Shown piece by piece: positions 47,191 to 57,365 of a stretch of 64,000 nt of DNA. The notes beneath the pieces were generated by a model that was given only the letters and a program-made list of their open reading frames with translations, was not told where the DNA came from and did no database searches. The stretch's first letter is position 1, and every line of letters starts with the position of its first letter. Source of the stretch: Gemmatimonadota bacterium (GTDB lineage Bacteria > Gemmatimonadota > Gemmatimonadetes > Gemmatimonadales > GWC2-71-9). The stretch spans positions 32,001 to 96,000 of the forward strand of contig JAZDCZ010000365.1 in the NCBI GenBank assembly GCA_036679605.1. The letters run 5' to 3'. Both the position numbers and the translations under genes were made by a program.

Positions 47191-50100
47191 ATGAAACGGT
47201 ATCAAGTGTTTTCCGTAGCATTCCTGCTCACCATCCTCGCCGGCAGTGCTGAAGCTCAGCTTTCGGCACCGCTCGATTCCACCTTGCTCGACTCGTTTCG
47301 GTGGCGATCGGTCGGGCCCGCGAACATGGGGGGACGTATCACCGACATAGAGGGTATCGGTAGCCCTTCGAAGACGTTCTATGTCGCGGCGGCGGCAGGT
47401 GGCATTTGGAAGACCACCAACAATGGCACCACCTTTCGTCCGATCTTCGATCAGAAACGTGTGGCAGCGATGGGCGACATAGCGATCGCGCCCAGCGACA
47501 CCAACATCATCTGGGCCGGTACCGGTGAAGAGGATTCCCGTAATTCGATATCGGCCGGCGGCGGGATCTACAAGTCCACCGATGGTGGGATAACTTGGGA
47601 ATTCATGGGGTTGAAGCAAACTCAGGTGATCGGCCGGATAATCGTACACCCCATTGATCCCGATATCGTCTTTGTGGCCGCGCTGGGCCACATTTGGAAC
47701 TCGAACAAAGAGCGGGGACTCTACAAGACCAACGACGGGGGCAAGACCTGGGACCTCGTCAAGTTCGTGAGCGACAAGGCAGGTTTCGTCGACATCGCGA
47801 TTCACCCGACGAATCCCGACATTCTCTTTGCCTCGAGCTGGGAACGCGTGCGTGGTCCGTATTTCTTGAACAGCGGCGGCCCGGGGAGCGCTCTGTGGAG
47901 GACTACGGACGGTGGCGAGACCTGGGTCGAGGTCAAGGGAAACGGTTTCCCGGAGGGAATGAAGGGCAGGATCGGGGTCGCGATTGCCGCGAGTAACTCT
48001 GACGTCATGTATGCGTTGGTGGAAGCCAAGGAGGCGTCCGGGGAGGGCCTGGCGTCAGGCCTTTATCGCTCGGAGGATGGCGGTGAGAGCTGGACCAAAA
48101 TGAACTCCAATAACTCCAGACCGTTTTACTACTCGCAAGTCCGGGTCGACCCCAAGAATCCGAATCGAGTCTACTGGTCATCTACGCCCGTCAATTTCTC
48201 GGACGACGGTGGCAAGACGGTCCGCGGTGCCACCGTTGGGGTTCACGTAGATCATCATGCTATGTGGATTGATCCCAATGATCCCGAGCACTTCGTGGTC
48301 GGTAACGACGGCGGTTTCGCGCAGACTTGGGACAAGGGCGGCAACTACGACTTCATCAACACGATCGCGCTGGGCCAGTTTTACGCGATCAGCTATGACA
48401 TGGCAATTCCTTACAACGTGTGTGGCGGATTGCAGGACAATGGTTCCTGGTGCGGACCAAGCAGGCGCAGGCAGGGATCGATCACGAACGCCATGTGGAA
48501 CAACGTTGGCGGCGGCGACGGCTTCTATACCGCGCAAGATCCGAACAACCCCGACATCATCTTCGTAGAATCGCAGGGCGGCAACATGAGCCGGATGGAT
48601 CTCTCGACCGGTGAGCGCACGAGTCTTCAGAAGCCGGATTGGCGACGCGCTTACCGCCAGCTCGAAGACTCCATCATTGTTGACAGAGGCGATACGACCA
48701 AGCCGGCCAGTAAGGCCGTTGCGCGTCGCATTGCCGACCTACGCCGCCGCGCAACGGCCGACTCTTCGGAGAACGTAATGCGCTGGAACTGGAGCACCCC
48801 GTTCTTCTTGTCTCCGCACTCGCCGACCACGTTTTATGCGGCAGGCAACAGAGTGATGAAATCGACGAAGCGTGGCGAAGACTTGTACGCGATCTCTCCA
48901 GATCTCACTACACAGGATACCGAGCGCATTCGCGTCAGCACTTCGGCGACGGGCGGTATCACGAGAGATGTGACGGGCGCGGAGACGCACAGCACGATAG
49001 TGGCGTTGGCGGAATCACCGCTCAAGCCAGGCCTTCTCTACGCGGGCACTGATGACGGCAACGTGTGGATGACTCGCAACGACGGTGGCGATTGGGAAAA
49101 TCTCACGGGCCGGTTCCCCGGGGTTCCCAAGAAGACATGGGTGAGTCGGATCGAACCGTCGCAATTCGACGAGGCGACGTTCTATGTCTCGTTCGACAAC
49201 CATCGTGAGAACGATTTCACGCCGTATCTGTTTGTCACGACTGACCACGGTAAGTCGTTCATGTCAATCGCAAGCGACCTGCCGACCGACGGGCCCGACT
49301 TTATTCACGTGATTCGCGAAGATCCCGCAAATCGCAACCTACTCTTTGTTGGAACGGATGTTGGCGTATACATGTCCGCGAATAGTGGAGGATCGTGGCA
49401 ACGTTTCATGACCGGGCTGCCTACCGTTCCGGTGCACGATCTCAAGATCCATCCTCGTGACCACGATCTGATAGCAGGCACGCATGGCCGGTCTGTCTGG
49501 ATCGTAAATATCGGACCGTTGGAGCAGATGACCGACGCTATCCTGGCCGAGGAAGTGGTGTTGTTTACGCCTGGGACGGCCTACCAATACAGCCAGGCTC
49601 AGGTGGGGGGTGGTTCGTCTGCCCAGAAATCCTTCCAGGCGCAGAGTTCACAATACGGTGCAGAGATCGCCTATCTCCTGACGAGTGGCAGCCGCCGTTC
49701 GCGCCCCAGTATCGTCATAACCGACGTGAAGGGCGACACCGTCCAGACTCTCCAGGGAACGGGAGGCCCCGGCTTACACCGAGTCACTTGGAACTTCCAA
49801 TGGGCTCGGCCGCCCGCAGAGCCACTGTCACCCTCGCAGAAACGTGACAGCGTAATTGCTGCACGTCGTATAGATGTCGTGTTCGACTCGCTGGCAGAGG
49901 CGGGTACGAACAAACAGATGCTCGACCGCATAAGAGCGAACATCGAAAGTGGCAACACTCGCGCGTTGTTCCGATCCTTCGGTGGCGGTGGCCGAGGTTT
50001 TGGAGGGCGAGGTGGCGGCCAGCGAGATTTCGTCGAGCGACCGGCTGAGTCTTCTGCCGGTGGCGGAGGGAGAGGTGGACGTGGTGGAGGTGGGGGTGGG

Positions 50101-50331
50101 GGTGCAGGTGGGGCTCCCGACGTCAGACAGATTTTCCGGTTACTCAGAACGCCTGGGTCGCGAGGTCGGTTTGGTGGTCGAAGAGGCGGTGGCGGCCAGG
50201 TGGTAGAGAGCGGAGATTATTTGGTGAGCATCACGGTCGAAGGAAAAACCTTGACGCAGGTGCTGCGTGTTGAACGCGTCAATGGCTCAGGTCGTGGTTC
50301 GGGGTTTGGATTCGAAAGTCAGTACAGATAG
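47191..50331 (+). CDS. Secreted VPS10/sortilin (BNR-repeat) glycosyl-hydrolase-like protein with a Gly/Arg-rich C-terminal region
   Basis: Signal peptide; WRSVGPANMGGRI; repeated (S/T)xDGGxTW Asp-boxes; GGLQDNGSW; GTHGRS. Confidence 0.88.
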   Translation: MKRYQVFSVAFLLTILAGSAEAQLSAPLDSTLLDSFRWRSVGPANMGGRITDIEGIGSPSKTFYVAAAAGGIWKTTNNGTTFRPIFDQKRVAAMGDIAIAPSDTNIIWAGTGEEDSRNSISAGGGIYKSTDGGITWEFMGLKQTQVIGRIIVHPIDPDIVFVAALGHIWNSNKERGLYKTNDGGKTWDLVKFVSDKAGFVDIAIHPTNPDILFASSWERVRGPYFLNSGGPGSALWRTTDGGETWVEVKGNGFPEGMKGRIGVAIAASNSDVMYALVEAKEASGEGLASGLYRSEDGGESWTKMNSNNSRPFYYSQVRVDPKNPNRVYWSSTPVNFSDDGGKTVRGATVGVHVDHHAMWIDPNDPEHFVVGNDGGFAQTWDKGGNYDFINTIALGQFYAISYDMAIPYNVCGGLQDNGSWCGPSRRRQGSITNAMWNNVGGGDGFYTAQDPNNPDIIFVESQGGNMSRMDLSTGERTSLQKPDWRRAYRQLEDSIIVDRGDTTKPASKAVARRIADLRRRATADSSENVMRWNWSTPFFLSPHSPTTFYAAGNRVMKSTKRGEDLYAISPDLTTQDTERIRVSTSATGGITRDVTGAETHSTIVALAESPLKPGLLYAGTDDGNVWMTRNDGGDWENLTGRFPGVPKKTWVSRIEPSQFDEATFYVSFDNHRENDFTPYLFVTTDHGKSFMSIASDLPTDGPDFIHVIREDPANRNLLFVGTDVGVYMSANSGGSWQRFMTGLPTVPVHDLKIHPRDHDLIAGTHGRSVWIVNIGPLEQMTDAILAEEVVLFTPGTAYQYSQAQVGGGSSAQKSFQAQSSQYGAEIAYLLTSGSRRSRPSIVITDVKGDTVQTLQGTGGPGLHRVTWNFQWARPPAEPLSPSQKRDSVIAARRIDVVFDSLAEAGTNKQMLDRIRANIESGNTRALFRSFGGGGRGFGGRGGGQRDFVERPAESSAGGGGRGGRGGGGGGGAGGAPDVRQIFRLLRTPGSRGRFGGRRGGGGQVVESGDYLVSITVEGKTLTQVLRVERVNGSGRGSGFGFESQYR

Positions 50332-50365
50332 GGCCAGGCAGTATGCCGCGGACCGAGCGACTCGT

Positions 50366-52420
50366 TCAGCGTTCGGTTCGCGGCAGACCTCGTTTCAAGT
50401 ATTCCAGTTCATCGGTCGGACCCATGACCAACATGAGGTCGCCTGCGGCAAAAACATAGTCCGCCGCTGGGGCGACGTCGAGTCGTTCGTTTCCGTCGGC
50501 CGTCGGCTGCTTGATCATCACTACGCTCACGCCGAACTGCTGTCTTATATCCAATTCTCTGATGGTCTTGCCGGCAAAATGAGCTGGGGCGGGCACCTCG
50601 GCTAGGACTGTATTCTGAGTTGATGGTAACGATTCAATCTTGTTGTCTCCGCTCACTGTGGAAGCCATGCTGTGGGCCATGTCGCGCTTGAAGATCTCGG
50701 TGTTGTAACGCTGGATGACGTCCTCGGGCCAGATGACACCAACCACTCTTTCGTCCTCGATAACCGGTATCTCACCCCGGTAGCCACCGAGGAGCTTCAT
50801 CACTTGGGCTAGTGAATCGGTTGGTGATAGGGTGGGGAAATCTCCTTCCACCATGACGTCCTGTGCGATCACGAGAGAATCGAGCGCGGACGCATCTGCC
50901 ATAACAGGCCTGATTTCGTTGGCACTGATGAGCCCAAGTAGGCAGCTCTCTTCGTCCAATACGAACAGTGTGTTGCCTTGATGGTCGAGAAATTTGCTTA
51001 CGAGCGGTAGGAGCCCGTCGCCTGCAGAGACACTGGCAAAATCGCTGCGCATTTGCTCTTGAACCGTTACGTGCTGCAGGACATTGAGGGCGCTTCCCTT
51101 GCGGATGTCGATGCCACGGCGCAGCAGCTTGATGGTGTAGATGGAGCCGGTCTGAAGCTTTGTTGCCAGCAGTGTCGCAATGATGCAACTGATCATGAGT
51201 GGAAGCATGATCTTGTAGTCGCCGGTCAACTCGAAAATGATCAGTATCGCAGTTATCGGTGCCGCAGTTCCGGCCGCCACGACGGCACCCATTCCAACCA
51301 GCGCGTATGCACCTGGTCCGGCGGTCGATAGCGGCCAGATCGTGTGAACTACGGTTCCGACTGCACCACCCAACATTGCTCCGATAAACAGAGATGGTGC
51401 GAACACACCTCCAGACCCTCCCGAGCCGATAGTGATCGAAACCGCCAGAATTTTGAGCACTACTAGGAGGAGCATCAATTTCCAGATGATCGTGCCGTTC
51501 AGGGCCTCGTTGATCGCTTCGTACCCGACGCCAAAGATGTGCGGTACCCATATCCCAATCACCCCGACCGCCGCTCCTCCGAGCAGCCCCTTGATGGCGG
51601 GATGCATTCGGATCTTGTCGAACAGATCTTCGAAACCGTACAAGGATCTTACAAACGCTATTGCCACTATCCCCGCCAAGATGCCCATGGCCGCATAGGC
51701 GAAGAGTTCGTTGGCGTGGACCAGACTATATGCCGGAACTTGGAACGCGGGAAAGTCACCTAGGAAATGCTGGCTCACGACAGTGCCCGCGACGGATGAG
51801 ATTACGATGGGCGAGAACTGTGACACACCGAAATCTCCTAGTATGATCTCGACGGCGAACAGGGCTCCGGCGACGGGGGCATTGAACGTGCCGGCAATGC
51901 CCGCTGCCGCACCACAACCGACCAACGTTCGGAGTCTCTGTTCGTCGATCCTAAGCCACTGTCCGATGGTCGATCCAAGGGCGGAACCAATCTGCACGAT
52001 CGGGCCCTCGCGACCGACCGAGCCTCCCGAGGCAATACATATTCCCGAAGCGAACATCTTGGCGAATACAACTCGGGGCCTAATGCGTCCGTTCTTGAGC
52101 GCTACTGCTTCCATCACCTCAGGGACGCCGTGCCCCTTTGCCTCTCGCGCAAAGCTATAAGTGATTAGACCGACGAGCAGGCCCCCAACAGCTGGTGCAA
52201 CGATCTTCCACCAAAACGGCAAGCTGGATATATAGTCCAGCGTATACTCGCCTTCCCGCCAGGACACTTCGTTCATGGTTCTGATGAGCAGGCGGAAGCC
52301 GACCGCGCTGAGCCCCCCAAGAAGACCGATTAGAACAGCCACCAGTACCATGTAGACTTGTTCTGTCTGACGCAGCGTGTTGTGGGCCTGCCTAAGTTTT
52401 CTCACAACGGCTCTAACCAT
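50366..52420 (-). CDS. ClC chloride channel/antiporter with CBS pair and TrkA-C (RCK_C) domain
   Basis: GHGVPE, GGSVGREGP, FNAP, GGVFAP, SIY; CBS domains; C-terminal GKTIRELDIRQQFGVSVV. Confidence 0.92.
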   Translation of the reverse strand: MVRAVVRKLRQAHNTLRQTEQVYMVLVAVLIGLLGGLSAVGFRLLIRTMNEVSWREGEYTLDYISSLPFWWKIVAPAVGGLLVGLITYSFAREAKGHGVPEVMEAVALKNGRIRPRVVFAKMFASGICIASGGSVGREGPIVQIGSALGSTIGQWLRIDEQRLRTLVGCGAAAGIAGTFNAPVAGALFAVEIILGDFGVSQFSPIVISSVAGTVVSQHFLGDFPAFQVPAYSLVHANELFAYAAMGILAGIVAIAFVRSLYGFEDLFDKIRMHPAIKGLLGGAAVGVIGIWVPHIFGVGYEAINEALNGTIIWKLMLLLVVLKILAVSITIGSGGSGGVFAPSLFIGAMLGGAVGTVVHTIWPLSTAGPGAYALVGMGAVVAAGTAAPITAILIIFELTGDYKIMLPLMISCIIATLLATKLQTGSIYTIKLLRRGIDIRKGSALNVLQHVTVQEQMRSDFASVSAGDGLLPLVSKFLDHQGNTLFVLDEESCLLGLISANEIRPVMADASALDSLVIAQDVMVEGDFPTLSPTDSLAQVMKLLGGYRGEIPVIEDERVVGVIWPEDVIQRYNTEIFKRDMAHSMASTVSGDNKIESLPSTQNTVLAEVPAPAHFAGKTIRELDIRQQFGVSVVMIKQPTADGNERLDVAPAADYVFAAGDLMLVMGPTDELEYLKRGLPRTER

Positions 52421-52596
52421 GGTCGCGCTTGTTCCCAGTGTGTCTATCTTCCAATGTAGTCTGAAAAGTCTTGCCAATGGATACCGAGCCGGCAGAAACT
52501 CGATTAGCAAGGCAGATGTTGGCGCTGGTGGGGGTGGTGCGCTACTACGCAGCTACTGTCAGGTGAGCTTTCGAGACCATGAAGGAGCGGTGTTGT

Positions 52597-53274
52597 TCAG
52601 CTGCCCCAGGGTCTTCCCGTCGCAGCTTGTTGTCTAACCTGGGCAATTTGTGCTGCGGTCAACAGCGTTCGATCGGGAGCGTCACAACCGGGTGCCATCA
52701 GGTTGCCCTCGGGTGGACAGGCAACGTGCTGTAGTGACAGTGAATGTCCTAGCTCGTGAGCCAGTATGCGTCGGCCGGAGCCCGTCAGGTCCCGTAACCC
52801 CGTCGGATCCAGCTCCGGAAAGATCACCGACTGAATACTGGGGAGATATATGCCACCGGCCACTCCGCCGAACGACCGGATCATGAACACGTCCCAGTCG
52901 CCGAAGAACAAGTTACCTCCTGGCACGACCGCGGTCAGTGCGTCAGCTTGGAGTTGCCCCGCCAGGACCGCTTCGAATATTTCTTCGTTCTGTGGAAATT
53001 CTCGGAAGATTGTGTCGACCAACCAGGTGATCGCGGCCTGACTCCATACTTCATTGACGCCTTCGATGAGTATTGTCACCTCCGCTTCGGTCAATGTTGT
53101 GTTGAGCGAGTCGGATGTGGTGGATTCAATGAGGTGGATTCGCAGTGGAATAGTGATGTTGGCGAGGTTTTGATCACGCGTGGTGGGGTCTGTACTACCA
53201 TCGCCACCACAAGCAATAACTGCTAACGTCACTAGTGAGACGGACAAGAGTCGCAGTAGGGTGCGTGTGGTCAT
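52597..53274 (-). CDS. Lipoprotein metzincin-type zinc metallopeptidase
   Basis: Lipobox VIA-C; AHELGHSLSLQH; Met-turn NLM. Confidence 0.75.
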   Translation of the reverse strand: MTTRTLLRLLSVSLVTLAVIACGGDGSTDPTTRDQNLANITIPLRIHLIESTTSDSLNTTLTEAEVTILIEGVNEVWSQAAITWLVDTIFREFPQNEEIFEAVLAGQLQADALTAVVPGGNLFFGDWDVFMIRSFGGVAGGIYLPSIQSVIFPELDPTGLRDLTGSGRRILAHELGHSLSLQHVACPPEGNLMAPGCDAPDRTLLTAAQIAQVRQQAATGRPWGS

Positions 53275-53411
53275 TCGTGCTTGTATCCAGCTTTGATCAG
53301 ATGCACCTTGTTCAATACCGTTTGATTGCCGGGTTCATGAATCACTGTTGATAGAACGTTGATGGACGCTAGCTAGTTCCCAACGGGACTGCGCAAGATT
53401 CGCACTGACAG

Positions 53412-54764
53412 GTGGAGCTTTCTGTGAAGGCAATCCGCAAGCAAGGTCTTGGTCTGTGGATGACGACCGCTCTCGTCGTGGGCAACATGGTGGGCTCCGG
53501 TGTTTTTTTATTGCCGGCGACGCTGGCTGCGTACGGCGGAATCAGCATAATCGGATGGCTCATCACTTCGTTTGGTGCAATCATGCTGGCGCTAGTGTTT
53601 GCTCGTCTGAGCGGTATGGTTCCGAAAGCTGGTGGGCCATACGTGTACACTCGCCGCGGTTTCGGAGACTTCGCCGGCTTTCTAGTTGCTTGGGGCTATT
53701 GGACGTCGATCTGGACGAGTAATGCGGCGATTGCAGTGGCGATGGTGTCGTATCTGTCGGTGTTCTGGCCCGCCCTGACACAGAACGGAGTGCTCGCTGC
53801 ATCGGTCGCGATCTCTGCTATATGGCTGCTTAGTTGGGTAAACGCCAGTGGCGTTCGGAACGCCGGTTTCGTGCAGGTTGTCACGGTCATCCTAAAGGTG
53901 TTGCCACTCTTGGCGGTAGCGACATTGGGGTTGTTGTACTTCAATGCCGATCACTTTACTCCCCTCAATGTGAGCAAGGATTCGAACTTCTCGGCGATCA
54001 CCGCCACGGTGGCATTGACGTTATGGGCGTTCCTTGGCCTGGAGTCAGCTACGGTGCCTGCCGGCGATGTAGTCGATCCGGAGCGTACGATTCCGCGTGC
54101 TACGATTTTGGGGACACTCGGTGCTGCCACGGTGTACATCTTGGGGACTATCGCTGTTATGGGAATCATCCCTCCCGCCGGACTGGCTACCTCCAGCGCA
54201 CCGTTCGCCGATGCTGCCGAAAAGGTATGGGGAGGTTGGGCAGCATACGCGGTGGGTGCGGGTGCGGTTATCTCTTGTTTCGGCGCTCTAAACGGCTGGA
54301 TAATGCTCCAGGGGCAGATACCGTTGGCGGCAGCGCGGGACGGCATTTTCCCGGAAGTCTTCGGCCGAATTTCTAAGAAAGGCACACCCGCCATGGGGAT
54401 CGTCATATCGAGTGTGCTGGTGAGCGTATTGATTTCCATGAACTTTACTAAGAGCTTGGTAGAGCAGTTCAAATTCATAATCCTGCTCGCTACGCTCAAC
54501 ACGCTGGTTCCCTACGCCCTCTCGAGCCTGTCGGAGTTGATGATTTTCATAAAGGAACGTGCACGCTTTAGCGGACAACGGTTGATGGGGTCGAGCGTCA
54601 TCGCTGTTCTGGCCTTCTCTTACTCGCTCTGGGCGATCGCGGGTGCCGGCAGCAGAACCGTATACTTGGGATTCATGTTGCTGTTGCTCGGCCTACCAGT
54701 CTATGTATGGGTCAGGTGGCGACGTGCCGAGGCAGTCGCTAGTGATGCCGATGCGATTACATGA
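53412..54764 (+). CDS. APC-family basic amino acid/polyamine antiporter (AdiC/CadB/PotE-like)
   Basis: GNMVGSGVFLLPA, GGPYVY, LWAFLGLESA, SSAPFADA, SCFGALNGW. Confidence 0.92.
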   Translation: MELSVKAIRKQGLGLWMTTALVVGNMVGSGVFLLPATLAAYGGISIIGWLITSFGAIMLALVFARLSGMVPKAGGPYVYTRRGFGDFAGFLVAWGYWTSIWTSNAAIAVAMVSYLSVFWPALTQNGVLAASVAISAIWLLSWVNASGVRNAGFVQVVTVILKVLPLLAVATLGLLYFNADHFTPLNVSKDSNFSAITATVALTLWAFLGLESATVPAGDVVDPERTIPRATILGTLGAATVYILGTIAVMGIIPPAGLATSSAPFADAAEKVWGGWAAYAVGAGAVISCFGALNGWIMLQGQIPLAAARDGIFPEVFGRISKKGTPAMGIVISSVLVSVLISMNFTKSLVEQFKFIILLATLNTLVPYALSSLSELMIFIKERARFSGQRLMGSSVIAVLAFSYSLWAIAGAGSRTVYLGFMLLLLGLPVYVWVRWRRAEAVASDADAIT

Positions 54765-55636
54765 GTGACCTCAGGCAATCCGACGTTGGCCCCGTCAAGA
54801 AAATGTTGCTTAAGCACGCGAGGGATGCATTCATCGATGAGACCACAATCGATTCCCATTGGAAGGAACTCGGCTACCTAGAGCGGCCGGATTTTGATAA
54901 CGCCGTTAGAGAGTATGACAATTTCGTTGCTGCTCTAAAGGGTTTCGACATCGACGTTTGTTTCCTGCCTGCCGACGGTAGAGTCGGGATCGATTCCATC
55001 TACGTTCGCGACGTAACGATCTCTTGTCGGCACGGTCTCGTTCTCTGCAATATGGGGAAACCCCAGCGCAAAACAGAGCCCCGGGCACAGCAAGATTCAT
55101 TTGAAGGTCTAGGGCTGCACGTCCATGGTCGGATCGAAGGTGAGGGAAGAATCGAAGGTGGGGACGTGGTTTGGTTGGGCGAGCGGACGCTAGCAGTAGG
55201 GCGCGGCTATCGCACCAATGACGAAGGGATTCGTCAGGTCGAAAAACTCTTGAGCGACTGCATCGATGAGCTAATCGTTGTGCCACTGCCGCATTGGCGC
55301 GGCGCTGGTGACGTATTTCACCTCATGTCGATGCTGAGCCCGATCGATCACGATCTCGCGCTCGTCTATTCACCGCTGCTGCCGGTGCCTTTTCGCGAGG
55401 CGCTGGTTAGACGCGGCATGGAATTCGTTGAAGTGCCGGCTTCGGAGTTCGAAACTATGGGCTGCAATGTGCTAACGGTGGCGCCGCGTCGGTGCCTAAT
55501 GCTTGCTGGAAACCCCGTGACCCGTTCCCGGTTGGAGAAAGCAGGCGCCGTCGTTGAAGAGTTCCAGGGGTGCGAAATCAGCACCAAGGGCTGTGGCGGT
55601 CCTACATGCCTCACCAGGCCGCTGGAGTGGCGTTAG
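54761..55636 (+). CDS. Amidinotransferase-superfamily hydrolase (DDAH / arginine deiminase-like)
   Basis: DSIYVRD, EGGDV, RTN, FHL, GGPTCLTRP (catalytic Cys); ATGA-coupled to the transporter. Confidence 0.88.
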   Translation: MSDLRQSDVGPVKKMLLKHARDAFIDETTIDSHWKELGYLERPDFDNAVREYDNFVAALKGFDIDVCFLPADGRVGIDSIYVRDVTISCRHGLVLCNMGKPQRKTEPRAQQDSFEGLGLHVHGRIEGEGRIEGGDVVWLGERTLAVGRGYRTNDEGIRQVEKLLSDCIDELIVVPLPHWRGAGDVFHLMSMLSPIDHDLALVYSPLLPVPFREALVRRGMEFVEVPASEFETMGCNVLTVAPRRCLMLAGNPVTRSRLEKAGAVVEEFQGCEISTKGCGGPTCLTRPLEWR

Positions 55637-55654
55637 AGATTTCTTACGGCGTTA

Positions 55655-57247
55655 TTACGGCTTTCTCCTCCGAACGGACGAACGTGCACGAGACGGTGAG
55701 GACCGTTTAACGCTAGGGCGCCTAACACTTGGCCGACTCGTGCGAGGCGAAGAGCGCTTGATGCTCGGCCGATTCGTGCGAGATGGCGAAGAACGCTTGA
55801 CGCTCGGACGGCTCCTAGTTGCAGTCCGGCTCCTGATTTGGACCGAGGACCGGGACTGTGATGTCCGGCGTCGTACTGTTGGGGTCTTGGCCCGCGAGGT
55901 TGAGCGAGACCTCGTCGTCACCGCCTGCCTGCTTCTTTGCGGCGACCTAGATGACGAAACAGTTGCTCTCGACCGCACGGATCGACGCACCGACGCACCG
56001 TCGGGTCTGGAAGCTTGTGCCGAGCGTGCGGCGCGACGCTTGGATGTCGATGAAGGGGCGACCACCGTTCCACGCGCCCGGGTGCCGGACGCGCTCGTTG
56101 TGCGCCTACCTGACGCGCCATCCAATTTCTGACTGGCTGACCTGCCGGCGCTCGTGCTGCGGCGGCGGACTGCCACACCGGCTGCTCGATTCGTCCGGTT
56201 CACGCCGGTGGTTGTGTGTCGTCGAGCGATGGCACTCCGGCGGGCGGTAGATGCCGATCGCGATCCGGGTGTAACCCTGCCACTCCTTCTGGCGGCAGTG
56301 AATACTCTTCGTCCCGACTTGCCACTGCTGACGAACGGGCGTGTGCGCGGGTTCACTCTCAATCGATTGCCAGCGAAGAAGACTGTCGAAGGTCTAGAGA
56401 ACCCGAAACGCGAGCCAAATCCGAACCCTGACCCAAATCCGAACCCCGATCCATAATAGAAAGGATCGTAGAAGAAGGGATCGTAATAGAACGGATCGTA
56501 GTAATAGGGGTCGTAGTGTCCAAAGCCGATTCCTATCCCAATGCCGAAACCATGGCCGCCATAGTATGGGCTGCCAAGGAGAGCGAACCGTCTCGCGCGC
56601 ATATATCTGGGTCCATACAACACACTCAAGCCCAAACTCGGACCATAGGGTCTGTGTGAGCGGTAATACGGATCGTAGAGCGTTAGGTGTTGGTTGTAAT
56701 CTCGGGCTACTGCGTAACGCTGTTCTACGCCATACTGAACGAGGTCGTAATCGAAGTACGCCCCCGACGCCAGACGCAGCGCGAAGTCGGTGAGTTCTGC
56801 CTCGTCATCTTCTTCAACTACCCACGTATCCGCCAGGGTGTAGTCCCAGTGGTCGCCGCGCACCAATCCGTCGAACGTGAACGGATCGCGAGAAAACGCC
56901 GCGTAGACAGTACCCGTTCCCTCTGCTGTGTAAACCTGGAACGAGCGGCGGTCGCCCCGGCCGCGTACCTCATACTTCCTTCCACCACGGATGAAATTGT
57001 CGTCACCCGGATCGAGCGGGAATAGCACTCGCACTCGACCGTCGGGCTCGGCATGTAAGACCACCAAGTAGCCATCGTATTCCGTGCGTACGTGGGTCTT
57101 GACGCGGTCGCCTAGCCGGACATCGGTATCACTGACCCAGATCTTCACGGCAGGATCTGGGTCTTGCGTTGCAGCTGGCGCAGTGTTTGCGCTAGCCCCA
57201 ACGGTAGGGACCAGTAGGGAAAGCAGTAGAGCACTCAGCATATGCAC
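55655..57247 (-). CDS. Secreted DUF4384-like protein with Tyr/Gly/Phe repeats and a long Arg/Ser-rich tail
   Basis: Signal peptide; GDRV..VRT.YDGYLVVLH.EPDGRVRVLFPLDP; YYDPF and GFGFGS repeats; over 200 aa R/S-rich C-terminus. Confidence 0.75.
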   Translation of the reverse strand: MHMLSALLLSLLVPTVGASANTAPAATQDPDPAVKIWVSDTDVRLGDRVKTHVRTEYDGYLVVLHAEPDGRVRVLFPLDPGDDNFIRGGRKYEVRGRGDRRSFQVYTAEGTGTVYAAFSRDPFTFDGLVRGDHWDYTLADTWVVEEDDEAELTDFALRLASGAYFDYDLVQYGVEQRYAVARDYNQHLTLYDPYYRSHRPYGPSLGLSVLYGPRYMRARRFALLGSPYYGGHGFGIGIGIGFGHYDPYYYDPFYYDPFFYDPFYYGSGFGFGSGFGFGSRFGFSRPSTVFFAGNRLRVNPRTRPFVSSGKSGRRVFTAARRSGRVTPGSRSASTARRSAIARRHTTTGVNRTNRAAGVAVRRRSTSAGRSASQKLDGASGRRTTSASGTRARGTVVAPSSTSKRRAARSAQASRPDGASVRRSVRSRATVSSSRSPQRSRQAVTTRSRSTSRAKTPTVRRRTSQSRSSVQIRSRTATRSRPSVKRSSPSRTNRPSIKRSSPRTSRPSVRRPSVKRSSPSRARSSVRRRKP

Positions 57248-57365
57248 TCCTCAGTGGAGTCTTGGGCTGCACCGCGACTGCCAAATCTACCGGCAAGGCG
57301 GCGCCTACAGCTGACTAAATATAGCGAGATGCGTGCCAACATGTAAATGGTTCTACACCAGGGGG

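Noticed and set aside
49975..50200. G-rich RGG/poly-Gly tract as a separate repeat element
   Set aside because: It is an in-frame low-complexity linker of the VPS10-type protein.
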